In this document: in pieces, positions 51,382 to 62,925 of the stretch
Layout: each line of letters starts with the position of its first letter
Numbering within the stretch: the stretch's first letter is position 1
Assembly (NCBI GenBank): GCA_000320545.1
Contig: ADNK01001114.1
Coordinates: 1 to 64,000 of the forward strand
From: Bigelowiella natans CCMP2755
Lineage: Eukaryota > Protista > Cercozoa
Length of the DNA: 64,000 nucleotides
Reading direction: 5' to 3'
Made by a program: the position numbers and the translations under genes
The notes under the pieces: generated by a model
Databases searched by the model: none
What the model was told of the DNA's origin: nothing
Seen by the model: the letters and a program-made list of their open reading frames with translations, nothing else

Positions 51382-52206
51382 ATATGTATTGGATGTAATC
51401 AATGTTTCGCCAAAACTGCAATTTTACCCGTTCCCCATCATGCTTGTCATCATGCTTGTCATCATCATCATCATCATCATCACCATCATGATCGTTTCAC
51501 CCACACGGTCCTTCTCCCACTGATTGTGTGCATGTTATTCTGCATCGGAACAGGTCGATGCTAACATCGATGGGGAGATCACCGAGACCGATGCAGATAT
51601 CTTGAGGAAAAAGATGGTAAAGCAAGTAACAAGGGCACGCCTACGGTATAATACTAATATTCGTCGCAGTCATCTTTGTAAATCGCGGAAAACACTGCAT
51701 CGTCATCATCATCATCATCGTCATCGTCGTCGTCATCATCATCATTAGCACCATCTGATGAATGCCAATAGCCATCGTAAGTGTGCTTCATTCACTACTA
51801 ACTAACGGGCCGTCGCCAGCGTGTAGATCATGAATTTCCTTCTACTGCCATTGAAATTGTAGCTTGTCGGCCGTTTCTATCTCTTCTTCTCTGCGTTTTA
51901 TTTGCTAATCAAGGTTCAAAGTTATTCCTACTCACTTTCAGCTTTCCTTTCCTCCCTCCTCCTCCTCCTCCTCCTCCTCCTCCTCCTCCTCCTCGAATAA
52001 TCATCACCCAGCGATAAGAATCGTGACATGACGGATGAATATTCTTTTTCCGCCTACTACCAGCTACCCCCCCCCGGGCGAGAGGTATTATTATCCGTTC
52101 TTTCCTTGATTCGCCGGTTGCTCTTCCGTCCCCCGCCCTCCCCCTTTTACGATGCCCTTTCATGATCAGCTAATGTCGGCACATCATCATCATCATCATC
52201 ATCATT

Positions 52207-52240
<34 letters not shown>

Positions 52241-52405
52241 GTCGTAGAGCTTACTAGTAGCGGGGATCCAGTACTCAGAGGCAGCAATCACTAGCCTGAT
52301 GACGCATAGCCTTCACTCGTATCTCATCAAAGGGTACAAACCTAAGAGCGACACGGCCTCATGGGGGTTCTTATCGGTAGTGATGAGTGAAAAATGTGTA
52401 GTATG

Positions 52406-52447
<42 letters not shown>

Positions 52448-52790
52448 TTTATGCATATTGCATATCACTTCATCCGGCCATTGCACGATATTTGATGGAG
52501 TGTTTTTGCAATAATGCTTGAAGGTGTACCTTCAATACTGGAATCCTTACCACTGGTTCACAGGATATGTCGAAGTCAACTTGGTCGCGACATAATATCA
52601 TGAGAGAAGAAGAAGAAGAAGAAGAAGAAGAAGAAGAAGACAACGACCACCCAGTGAAGGAGGAGGTTGAGGAGGAAGGGGGCTAGTGTCACTACGGGGG
52701 AATTAGAAGAGGAGAAAATAAAGATGGTGTCAATATAATCAGAATTAGATATTCAGCAAAGAGATAGTGAACCTAAGAGAGAGAGGGAGA

Positions 52791-52831
<41 letters not shown>

Positions 52832-53141
52832 AGAGAGGGAGAGGGAGAGATAGATAGACAGCAATCTGATGCTTCATGTTCCGTAATAGCGCAAGGACGG
52901 CGGGATTGAACATCCGATGTGGCTCGCAGCAGACAAGGTTCGGCGCGTGTGCCGATGCACGCACACGCGTTGTGATGGCTATACCGGCGGCAAACTACAC
53001 CGCTATCATCAGAGACGAAATGAATTCATTCAATATCTGTGCAACACATCGCCGATGAAAACGCGCATTTGCACGCACACAACAAGCACACCAGTAGCGT
53101 ATGAAACAAAGGTATTCTTCGTCGTAGTGCTCTTGCTTTAA
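49755..53141 (+). CDS. Hypothetical membrane protein, multi-exon with microsatellite-filled introns
   Basis: Hydrophobic exons (LYAIFLVFLLSPLILLVSVIIWLFVQPPYL; ITSIPLRIVAVFW; VYFVRAFTLLLSLPLGILCW), then exons YFWDFSDFTCGAIGAMDRQG, VDANIDGEITETDADILRKKMVKQ, LIKGYKPKSDTASWGFLS|VYLQYWNPYHWFTGYVEVNL|RKDGGIEHPMWLAADK. Confidence 0.6.
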
Positions 53142-53553
53142 GTGATAAACGGCCTCTGTCGATTTCCTTTCTGATAGACATCATGGCTGCATACGCGGCA
53201 AGCCAACGGCGTTAATTCTCTTTTCGCAAGGCTGCTCGTCAAGGAAATGGTAGTAGATACTAGTAGTGATGGTAGTCGTATGTAGTAGTAGAGTAGTAAA
53301 AGTAAAGTAGTAGTCGTCGTGGTTTGTCCTCAGTAGATGCCCCAGCACAACTGCGATGTCGATGTTGATGACAAGGATGATGATGGTGATGGTAATGAGC
53401 AGAAGGATCATCATTATCATCGTCATCATCATTTTACACATCATTGAATAACTCACCAGACAGGGTACTGGGCGCATCGGTCACAGACGATAATGATGCA
53501 GCTTCAGCAGGAAGGAGTGGTAAGTAGCAACATTATGGTTAACAGACATCTAG

Positions 53554-53595
<42 letters not shown>

Positions 53596-53879
53596 CTCGA
53601 TCAGTGACTTTTACCTTTCTTTGAAGATCGAGGCGAAGCTTCCAAAGCATAAGACAGCCTTCAGCCATAGCAACGGCATAGAGGTACTATTCGTGACGCG
53701 TATGTGCCTTGATTACGTGGCAGCTATACCGTATTTCATCATCGACTATGCCGATTTTCTTTTCCCAATACATTGAGCCGAAGATGAAAATGAACACAAA
53801 ACTAACCGCTTGTTGACCATCATAGATGCTACAGAAGCAGTCGAATAATGGCAAAAGGTCAAGCCTTCCCGTTCCACAA

Positions 53880-54620
53880 ACAGCACCGTAGCTCGAGAAA
53901 AATCTGACGACATGATCTAGAGATGGCAACGTACAAGCTAGCAAGTCTAGAGCATCTCCTGCGCATTGTCATCTTAACTCCATAGGCTTAGCTAGTTAGC
54001 TAGCTAGTAGATTCTAGGCTTCTTCGCATTCGATGTCTAGGTCTGTCTAGCTAGCTAGGTGTGCCAAGCTAGCAAGATGTGCTCGGCTGTGAGATGCTAG
54101 GATGCAGCAGCTACACTAGTATGTACTTAATCTGCCAGACGTACTAGCGTAGTAACTATGATTTCTAGATTTGGCCGAACTAGCGAACGATGTGACGCAT
54201 TCTGTCTAGCTGTGCTCAACAAACAGCAAGAGCGATATGTTCGTCCTCAAGCTCACGTGCGGCGCATAGCTAGATAGCTAGATAGCTAGATAGGACATGT
54301 AGATGTGCCGCACTCTAGCACCCCTAGACTCACAGCACACATCTAGGTAGCTAGACATGCATCTAGCAGGCTGTCTAGCTGTTGTTCCACAGTGATCTAA
54401 GGTAGTCTTTGAAGCAAACAAAAGTATGCTAGTATAAACGTAGCATGACAGTAGTTCTAGCTAGCTAGCCATAGCTAGCACAGTGCTAGAGTGGCTATAA
54501 GTAATCCCAAGTAGAATGTAGAGAATACGCAACGCGTGGGCATTTGGCGGCTACATACGACGCCCATTCTAGCACTAGATGAATGTAATGAATAGATTTA
54601 CTAGTTTACTACGAATGTGC
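53880..54620. repeat. CTAG-rich non-tandem block in a convergent spacer
   Basis: About 36 CTAG in about 730 bp by hand count (about 3 expected), including ctagctagctag and tagctagatagctagatagctag. Confidence 0.8.
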
Positions 54621-54680
54621 AGCATCTATTCATCAGCGCTCTGATAAGGATGACACTGCACAACAGTCTGCGGCTCCTAA

Positions 54681-54984
54681 TCAAGGCGCATCTTTTAAGG
54701 GGAGGGACACCGCGTCGTTCTCCGCGTCCAATGCTGTGGATTATGGTAAAGAACAAGAAAAGGATGAGATCTGAACCTCCTCGTGCGAAGATGGCTACTA
54801 TTCCTACTGCGTATTACTACGTGGAGAAACCCCTCCCCCCTTTCACACACACACACACACACACACGCACACACACCTTTAAGTCGGACGCAGCCCAAGA
54901 GCTTCTCCGGCATCTACAAACGTAAGAGTGAATTGAATGAATGGATTTTGGGGGGGGGGGGCTGGGGATTCAATGAGATATCAT

Positions 54985-55019
<35 letters not shown>

Positions 55020-55228
55020 TATATAATTATGGAGTGAGCACCTCGTCATCTGTGTCGCACTGCACAACGAAGCCGATATCCAGGGTGAGCTGCTTCAATA
55101 ACGAGCGGAATTGGTACATTCCTTGCCTGTCAAAAGGTGGTGGAAAGGGGGGGAGGGAGAGGGGGAGGGGGAGGGGGTAAGACGACGATATTGACTTGAA
55201 GAGCTAACAAGATAGGCTGGCGCACACA

Positions 55229-55267
<39 letters not shown>

Positions 55268-55357
55268 GTTTTTGTGTGTGTGTTTGCGTTTTGTATATAC
55301 AACGAGTCCCGTGTCGCTAGCAACAACAATTGCTCCAACCGAAGAAATAGTAGTAGC

Positions 55358-55388
<31 letters not shown>

Positions 55389-56064
55389 ATGTGAACATAG
55401 AAGTAGTAGTAGTAGGAGGAGGAGGAGTACCTCGAGACGTAATTGAATCGATGGATATCCACATTCACCTCGAAGTGGGAGGAGCCTTTATAATAGCTCT
55501 TGCAGTTGCGCGACAGGAACGGCTTTGCGTTGTATTTCTGCATGGAGGAGGGCGGGAAGGATGGGGGGGGGGGGGGATGTAGAAAAGGTGGACAACCCAT
55601 TGCGGTGTTCACAATAAAATCATTTGTTTGCTTTCATCATGGATTATTAGCAGTGGTAAGTAAGTCAGTGAGTGAGTAGCACCTGTACATATCCTCGGAG
55701 TACCCACCCAATTTGTAGCTCATCACTATTGGCAAGCCTCACCTGTGTTTTCGAACGGCGACGACGGCGAGGAGGAAGAGGAGGAGGAGGGAGGGGGGAG
55801 GGGGAGAGGGCAGGACGGCGACAATGAAGAGAAGGTATATATAGAGCAACACACACTCTGCTGCGGTGTGATTGCGTGTTAAAAATATCATTCTTATCTC
55901 CTCGTTGTTCTGTCACAGTCATTTCATCACCATATTCTTCCACTGATGAGGGCCACGGTCAGCGTCCGATATGGTGAGGGGCTGTTGTTTGTTTGTGGGG
56001 GTATTCATTTGATTATTTATTTATGTGTACCACGATCGATTATGGTGAGAAGAGAAGAAGGGTT

Positions 56065-56095
<31 letters not shown>

Positions 56096-56349
56096 ATAAT
56101 GATGATGATGGAGAAGCTGAAGATGCTACGACGAGTGATCCCGAGGAAAGGGAGGGGGGGAGGGAAATTGAGTTGCTATTGCGCGGTGTTGGTAGTAGTG
56201 GTAGTAGTAGTAGTAGCAGTATTTGTGGTAGTATTCACTGATAACCTCACGAAGAAACTTCTTCATAACTTTTGCACATCCCTTGCCTTCTTTGGCTGCT
56301 TCTTCCCCCTTTTGGACGATGAGGGGCAGAATGAGAGACGCACCACTTG

Positions 56350-56384
<35 letters not shown>

Positions 56385-56598
56385 AGAATCTCCATCTCTC
56401 TCTTCTTCCCACTTTTCCTTCCCCCCCCCTCCCCCAGCCTCCCGCTGCTCACCCTCTTATTCAGTTTGAAGTAGAAACAAATGGCAACTCCCTCGCCGTC
56501 CTGTACACTTGCTGTCGATCGAAAGGACGAGGATTATGGGAGGGAGGGAAGGGAGGGAGAGGTGATTATGATAATATTTCGCGCGATGTCTCACAATA

Positions 56599-56638
<40 letters not shown>

Positions 56639-56723
56639 TTATTCTACGGAGGGGAAAAGGCTATAGCACAATCTACTCACGCACGGCACTCAGTACAATT
56701 GCTAGCACTACACACGCATACAG

Positions 56724-56764
<41 letters not shown>

Positions 56765-57582
56765 CAAGGACGGAGGGCGCATAGTCAGGGATTTGCAGCA
56801 CGACGACCCATATTCGCGGAAGGCCATGATACCAGCCATCTTGATGATGATGATGATGATCATGGTGTTTGTATCCATCCATTATATGCGGTGAGGAGGA
56901 GGAGACAGACGAAGAAGAAGAAGAAGAAGAGGAAGAGGGGGAGGAGGGAGATCACGGAATCATGGGATGTGTTTCAATATTGAAATATATGCTTGGTAAG
57001 GCACCAAAGACAGCACTGATGATTTAGACTCAAGTAATCACATCAGAGATGCCTTCTCGGCACTGTTTCCCCACCCCCATCCGCACCCAGTAGCAGTAGC
57101 ATTAGTATTCATAAGATTAGCAGCAGCAGCAGCAGTAACAACAACAACAAGAGAGCACCCCACCTTCTCCAGGCTGAATGAGCTCTGACATATCGACTTT
57201 ATTGCCGATGTTAGAAACATACTTCTTCTCTTTGGAGCGGAAGGTGTCCACTGCTGCAATGTCGTAGAACGACCCGACAGAGGGTTTTTTGAAGCCGTTT
57301 CGTCTATAATCAGGGCCGCACCGCAGCTTGAAGGTCGAAGGCTCGATCGGCTCCCACTTGCGCTGAGAGCAAGGAATAACGGGGGGTGTCATGATAAGTA
57401 TTGATGATAATGATGATGATGATGATGATGATGATTGGAAGGAGGGGGAGGAGGAGGAGGAGGAGGAGGAGGAGGAGGAGATGGGTGGTGATGATTCTTC
57501 CTTTTTCATGTATAAAAATCCTCATTTTCGAGTTTCAACTGCCACCATTTTTGTTCCCTGCATATGCGCGCGTGCGTGTCTT

Positions 57583-57614
<32 letters not shown>

Positions 57615-57807
57615 TTTCTGGTATGTAGACTACGATAGATCTCCTGGAAGTGGTGATGCCTGCAATGATACGTCCTGTGCCCAACAGAGCGCGGTCCATC
57701 CCCAGCATCGACTCGGAACGATTCCTGAGGAGGGGGGGGGGGAGGAGCAGGTAGGTGCCTTTATGTGCGTGTGTGTAGAAGAAAGAGATGGAGAGAAAGA
57801 TAGATAG

Positions 57808-57856
<49 letters not shown>

Positions 57857-58345
57857 GAGAACACCACACTGTGTTTGCGTCACAGCATACTCGATGTATA
57901 ACATATCAATTCTGAAAAGACAATTAACCCTTTGGAGGCCTTAGTCTCCTTCTTCGAGCGGCGTCTCGTAAGTGATGCCACGCTGTTATGCTAAGTGTTG
58001 GAGGGCAGATGAAGCAGACACACGCGCATATGAATGTAACATATATACACATATAGACTGCTGTGTACACATAGACTGCAATGCATATCCTCCTCAAATA
58101 GCATCACTAACACTACTCGAGCACTAAATAACCCATCGTTTGTCTGACGGCATCATCATCATCATCATCATCATCAATTATTATTGGTCATCAGTGTCAT
58201 CATCATGGATGATTACGTCGTCATCGTCCGAGCCTATAGGCAGTCCGTTGATCTCGAGTGTCAGCCTCACCACATCGCCATTCGCTAAAGAGGAGGAGGA
58301 GGAGGAGGAGGAGGAGGAGGAGGAGGAGGAGGCCGCAACAATAGC

Positions 58346-58376
<31 letters not shown>

Positions 58377-59680
58377 ACAACAACAACAGCAGCAGCTGCA
58401 GAAGTAATGTGTAGAGAAAGCAGCTTAGAAGGAGGTCTCCTCACTATCTCCTCACAGCCACTTCTCGCAATGTACGATGATGACGATGATGATGATGATG
58501 ATGGCGATGATGGTGATGATGATGATGATGGTATCAAGTCGAGCGTCGTATGTGCTAATAAACTTCTTGCACGTGTGTGCGTGCGTGTGTGTGTTTGTGT
58601 GTGCATGTGCTACCCAAAGGATGAGGCAGCACCGTCATTTGGACGCCCACAAACTACCGGACGTAAGTAGCAGCACACACAACACAGAAAAGAAGAGGAA
58701 GAGCAGATGCAACCACTGACACATTTGGCCAAAGATATAACAATAGCCGCTGCGTATGAATGAGGAAGAGAAGGAAAGCAACACCATTGCCCGGGTCTAT
58801 TCCAAAGCCGCTCGCTCATTGTTATCACGACATCTCCTCCTCCTCCTCCTCCCTCCCCCCCCCCCCCCCTCCCCTCCCCTCTCTGTGGCACCATCAGACC
58901 TCCTCGTCGTCGCTCTCATCGAGCAGCTTCACTGGCGTTGTTAGCAGAGACGCGGAAGAAGCAGCAGCTTTTGCGTCTCTTCTTTCTCTTCCTGAGGCCT
59001 TCAAACTCCCCATGTTCCGTCGCTTTCCTATCCTATCGTCGCTTGCCCCTCCGCCGTAGCCTCGGTGAAGCTCGTCGCCGTCCTCCTCCACATCATCCTG
59101 CAAGGAGCTTGGGATCTTTGGCCGCATCCTGGATATATGTGCTAAGCCTGGCGGCTGTTTTGGGAAGAGAGTAGAGTAGAAGAGGACAGAGAAAGAGAGA
59201 GAGAGAGGGGGGGGGGGAGAGAGAAACATGTATCGTGATGATTATGATGATAACGGCACAAAATCAGCATCTTTGTCCACGACAACAACAACATCAACCA
59301 TGGAGAAAGAAGAAGAAGAAGAAGAAGAAGAAGAAGAAGCAGCACAAGGGGGCGGAGAACGTACTTCCTTGGTGTTTGAACCATGTAAAATGAAAGAAAG
59401 AAGAGGTCAAAAGGAAGGGATATATCATAGCATCAGCAGTAGCAGCATGAGCAGCATGCATATAGAACAAACGGAGGACGAGGAGAGGAGGAAACGCAGG
59501 TCGATATCGGAAAAAGACAACACATCTTTCTTCTCCTTCTTCTTCTTCTTCTTCTCGTTGTTGTGTTTCTTCTTGTTGCTAACCGTGGGCCGATGACGAT
59601 ACACCGAAGACAGAGTGCCGCTCCTCCTATGGAGACGGTACAGTGCTTCCACGTCGACCTTCACACACACACACACACAC

Positions 59681-59717
<37 letters not shown>

Positions 59718-59787
59718 ATACGATAGTAATGATGATGGTGAATACATAGCAATTTAAAGAGAGCGATTCTGACATGCAGTAGGTGGG

Positions 59788-59827
<40 letters not shown>

Positions 59828-60015
59828 TGACGATGGATGAATCGATCTCCAACTGCCAATCAGCAGTGAGTGTGAGTGAGTAAGTAGTCGTAGTAGAGGT
59901 AGTAGTTGCGCATAATAGTTTCTCTTCTCTCTTCATATGCACGCACGTGGAAATGGAGGGAGAGAGGGCCCTCCGTGAAACAGAGCAGCCAGCAGATGGT
60001 CAGAAGAAACCTATT

Positions 60016-60055
<40 letters not shown>

Positions 60056-60113
60056 GTGAATATAATATTTAATTTAACGTATATCCATAGATTTCTCTTC
60101 CCCCCCTCCTCCC

Positions 60114-60171
<58 letters not shown>

Positions 60172-62193
60172 TGTGTGTCCGTCTCTCCATAAATTATACT
60201 GACGTCAAAAGTATGGCCAACTGCAGCGACGAGGATCCATTCGCTACAAGTGTGAGTAGAATGGATATGGAAGAAGTAGCCATGAAGGCACCCCGGCCTT
60301 GAAGAGGGAACATTCTGACGAGATAATAGGAGGAGAGGGGAGGGGTTGGGAGGACCAAAAACAGAAAAGGAGTGGAAATTCTTTTTCAGATTTACTGATG
60401 ATGATGATGAGGAGGAGGAGGGGGGGGGGCAGCTGCAGGCGTATGGTCCGATGCAGTAATAATCTCTAATTTAACTCGCACAGCTAGTACAGATCATTTT
60501 CGTCACTAATATCATCAATCAATCATCAATCAATCATCATAACAAGTTATCCTCCCACTCACAGGGTGGGAGATTGAGCTCTGCCCTCCCTCGCTGGCCT
60601 GTGGATCGCGCGGGTGCGGGGCGTTCTGGTGGGAGGGGGGAATAAAAGGACGGAGGGATCGAGGATGCTCTCAGTGTGTGATAATGGGATCATCATCCAG
60701 GCAAGAAGAAAAGAACTCGAAGGACTTTAAGTAGTTTTCAGGGTTGAGATATTATTATCGTGCTTCTTAACAATAACAGAGGCGTGGTGGTATGCTGCTA
60801 CTAATCCAAGATAATACGCTAGTTTTCGACTCTTTCTTCCTCCCTCTCGTCTCCTTATGCCGTCCTCACCTAGCATTGCTTTGATCATCATCGTCATCTT
60901 CATCATAATCATCATCATCCGCAAATAGAGGGAGGCTGGTGCGTGGGCCGCTTTTCTTCCCTGACAGGGGCCATGGCTTGTCGTCGTCCGACTGCTGCGA
61001 ATCTAACCTGCGGGGGGGGGCAGAACCCAACGGCCTCCGCTCATGGTGTAGAGCTACCGATCCTCTTTTACTCTGCAAGCAAAGCAGCGGTACGGTGAAA
61101 GGAAGAAAACAAAACGACGACTCATTGCATGCGTGGGAGTTTGTCTGCCGCCATAATTCCCCTCCCCTCCCCCTCGTCCCCCTTCTCTACCCAAAAAAAA
61201 ACAGAAAAAGATGCGCCATACCCGTAGTGTTTCCGTCGTCGTAGCTGCTGCTGCCGCCGCTTTCCGCCTACTTTCCACCTTCGGCAGCGCCTCCACCTGA
61301 TGCTTCTTCTCGTGGAGTGTAGACCGTGATGACGGTAGTGTTTGTATCTTCTGAATACGCGTTCCCCCCCCGAGGCCAATGGGGAGGGAGGAGCGGGTAT
61401 CTAACAACTGCGACTTGGCTCTTCCTCCGATTTGAGACGGCTGCTCGGCCAGCCGCACAATATCCGGCTCCGATTTGTGAGTGGTGGTAATACCATGAGT
61501 CACTCCCCCACCCGCTTTGTGCTCAAAATATCTGGACAGAGAAGATGGTAGGGAGGGGGGGGGGAGGAGATGTTATTCGAGTTGGATGGATTACTACTAC
61601 TTTGGGCATGATGATTAATCTCCAGAGATGAATGATAATGCAAAAAATATTGAAATAGAGACTGGCCAAAATACCCTTTATCAGCTGTGCTCCCCAATTT
61701 GATTGCCAGAGTTGTGAAATGAGCTACAATCCACTTGCGCCGAGTCTTCGGATCGTCAAATTTTGGCATTTCCTGGAGACATAACAGGGCTAAGAAACTG
61801 ATAACGGTTTACAAGAAAGGTGTTCCTTGTCTCTTCTTCTCTCTACTAAGAACACGCGCGGGTAATAACAAGACGGGATAGCGATAGTTGGTGCCAGAGG
61901 AAGAATACCTTTTCGAGCTCATGTATGCAGTAATGCCATTCGTTGTTTCGAATATCCTCTAAGTTGTCGCTGTAGGCGACGTCGTAGTTGTGGTTTCCGA
62001 GATTCCGCGTGACGATACGGTAGGTAGGACGATCTTGGTGCATGCCTATGAACCCAAATCCAAGAAGAGGCGCCTTCTTCCGTTGCAGTGAGAAGTATTT
62101 GCGTTTCTCCATCGACTTATACTCGGAGAGGTACTTGTTCATGTACACGCCATGAGACATCTTTGTCCTTTTTAGTGGTATGACGAACGGCAT
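54681..62193 (-). CDS. Protein with a TBC1D8/9-like N-terminal domain, a low-complexity middle region and a C-terminal EDR2_C (DUF1336) domain
   Basis: N-terminus: KYFSLQRKK..PTYRIV..VAYSDNLEDIRNNEWHYCIHELEK|EMPKFDD. C-terminus: WEPIEPSTFKLRCGPDYRRNGFKKPS..FYDIAAVDTFRS; GLPRIWVVVLQIPDY; KYNAKPFL..YYKGSSHFEVNVDIHRF; LDIGFVVQCDTDDE|MPEKLLGCVRL. Confidence 0.8.
60018..60177. repeat. Compound (AT)n, (CT)n, (GT)n microsatellites in an EDR2_C-gene intron; representative of dozens of SSRs at 1-11.2, 21.2-27.7 and 50.2-61.7 kb
   Basis: Direct reading of the sequence. Confidence 0.95.
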
Positions 62194-62925
62194 CTTTTAA
62201 GTACCCTGGTAGGATCCCCGCGTGGGAGACAGCTGGCGCCGGAAGAGCTCAATTGTGATTCCTGCAGAGATGTAGGTGTCTCTAATGTGGTCGAAAGGCC
62301 GTTCGAATGGGAACACAATTGTCCTCTCAAGTTAACCAAAATCACGTACATTTGGAATCTCATATTTCAATGTAGAAAGAGTAAGAGTCGAGGGCACTGC
62401 ATGCTCCCCCATTTACTCCTTCCCTGATCTTTCTCTCCTTCTCTCCTCGCTCTTTCTATCATCACTCATATATGCATTGAGCGTAAAATCAGAATATTGT
62501 GTACCCCAACCTAGTTCCCTGAACCCCAGCCTCTCTCTCTCTTTCTCTCCCTCTCTGTCTCTCTCATTTTCTCTATCTGTGCCGCCCCCACCCCTTTCCG
62601 AGCCCCTATCTTCCTACTTACCGCCAGATATGATGTTTCCTGAGCTACAGAGCCTGACGTATTCTAGAAACGTCCTGCATCGTCGATTCACCTAAAATAA
62701 AGGGAAAACGCCTTGCGTTATGGCACTGCGGCATATTTTCCGGCCCCGAGTGAGCATCCGAAATTCCCGGACTACTTTCAGAACAGTTCCGAGTGGAGAT
62801 ATTTCACGATATTTTTCATGCGACAAAAACGCTGGTGGTTTTCGGTCGACGACATAGATAATTTGACAAAGTATCGTTGTTTTCGGTCTAATTCCTTCTC
62901 CCAAGGTTTCAGAGATGGAACCTGG

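Noticed and set aside
55946-56983. 345-aa plus-strand ORF
   Set aside because: Built from microsatellite homopolymers (L/V/HT/YI runs), antisense to EDR2_C-gene introns and exons.
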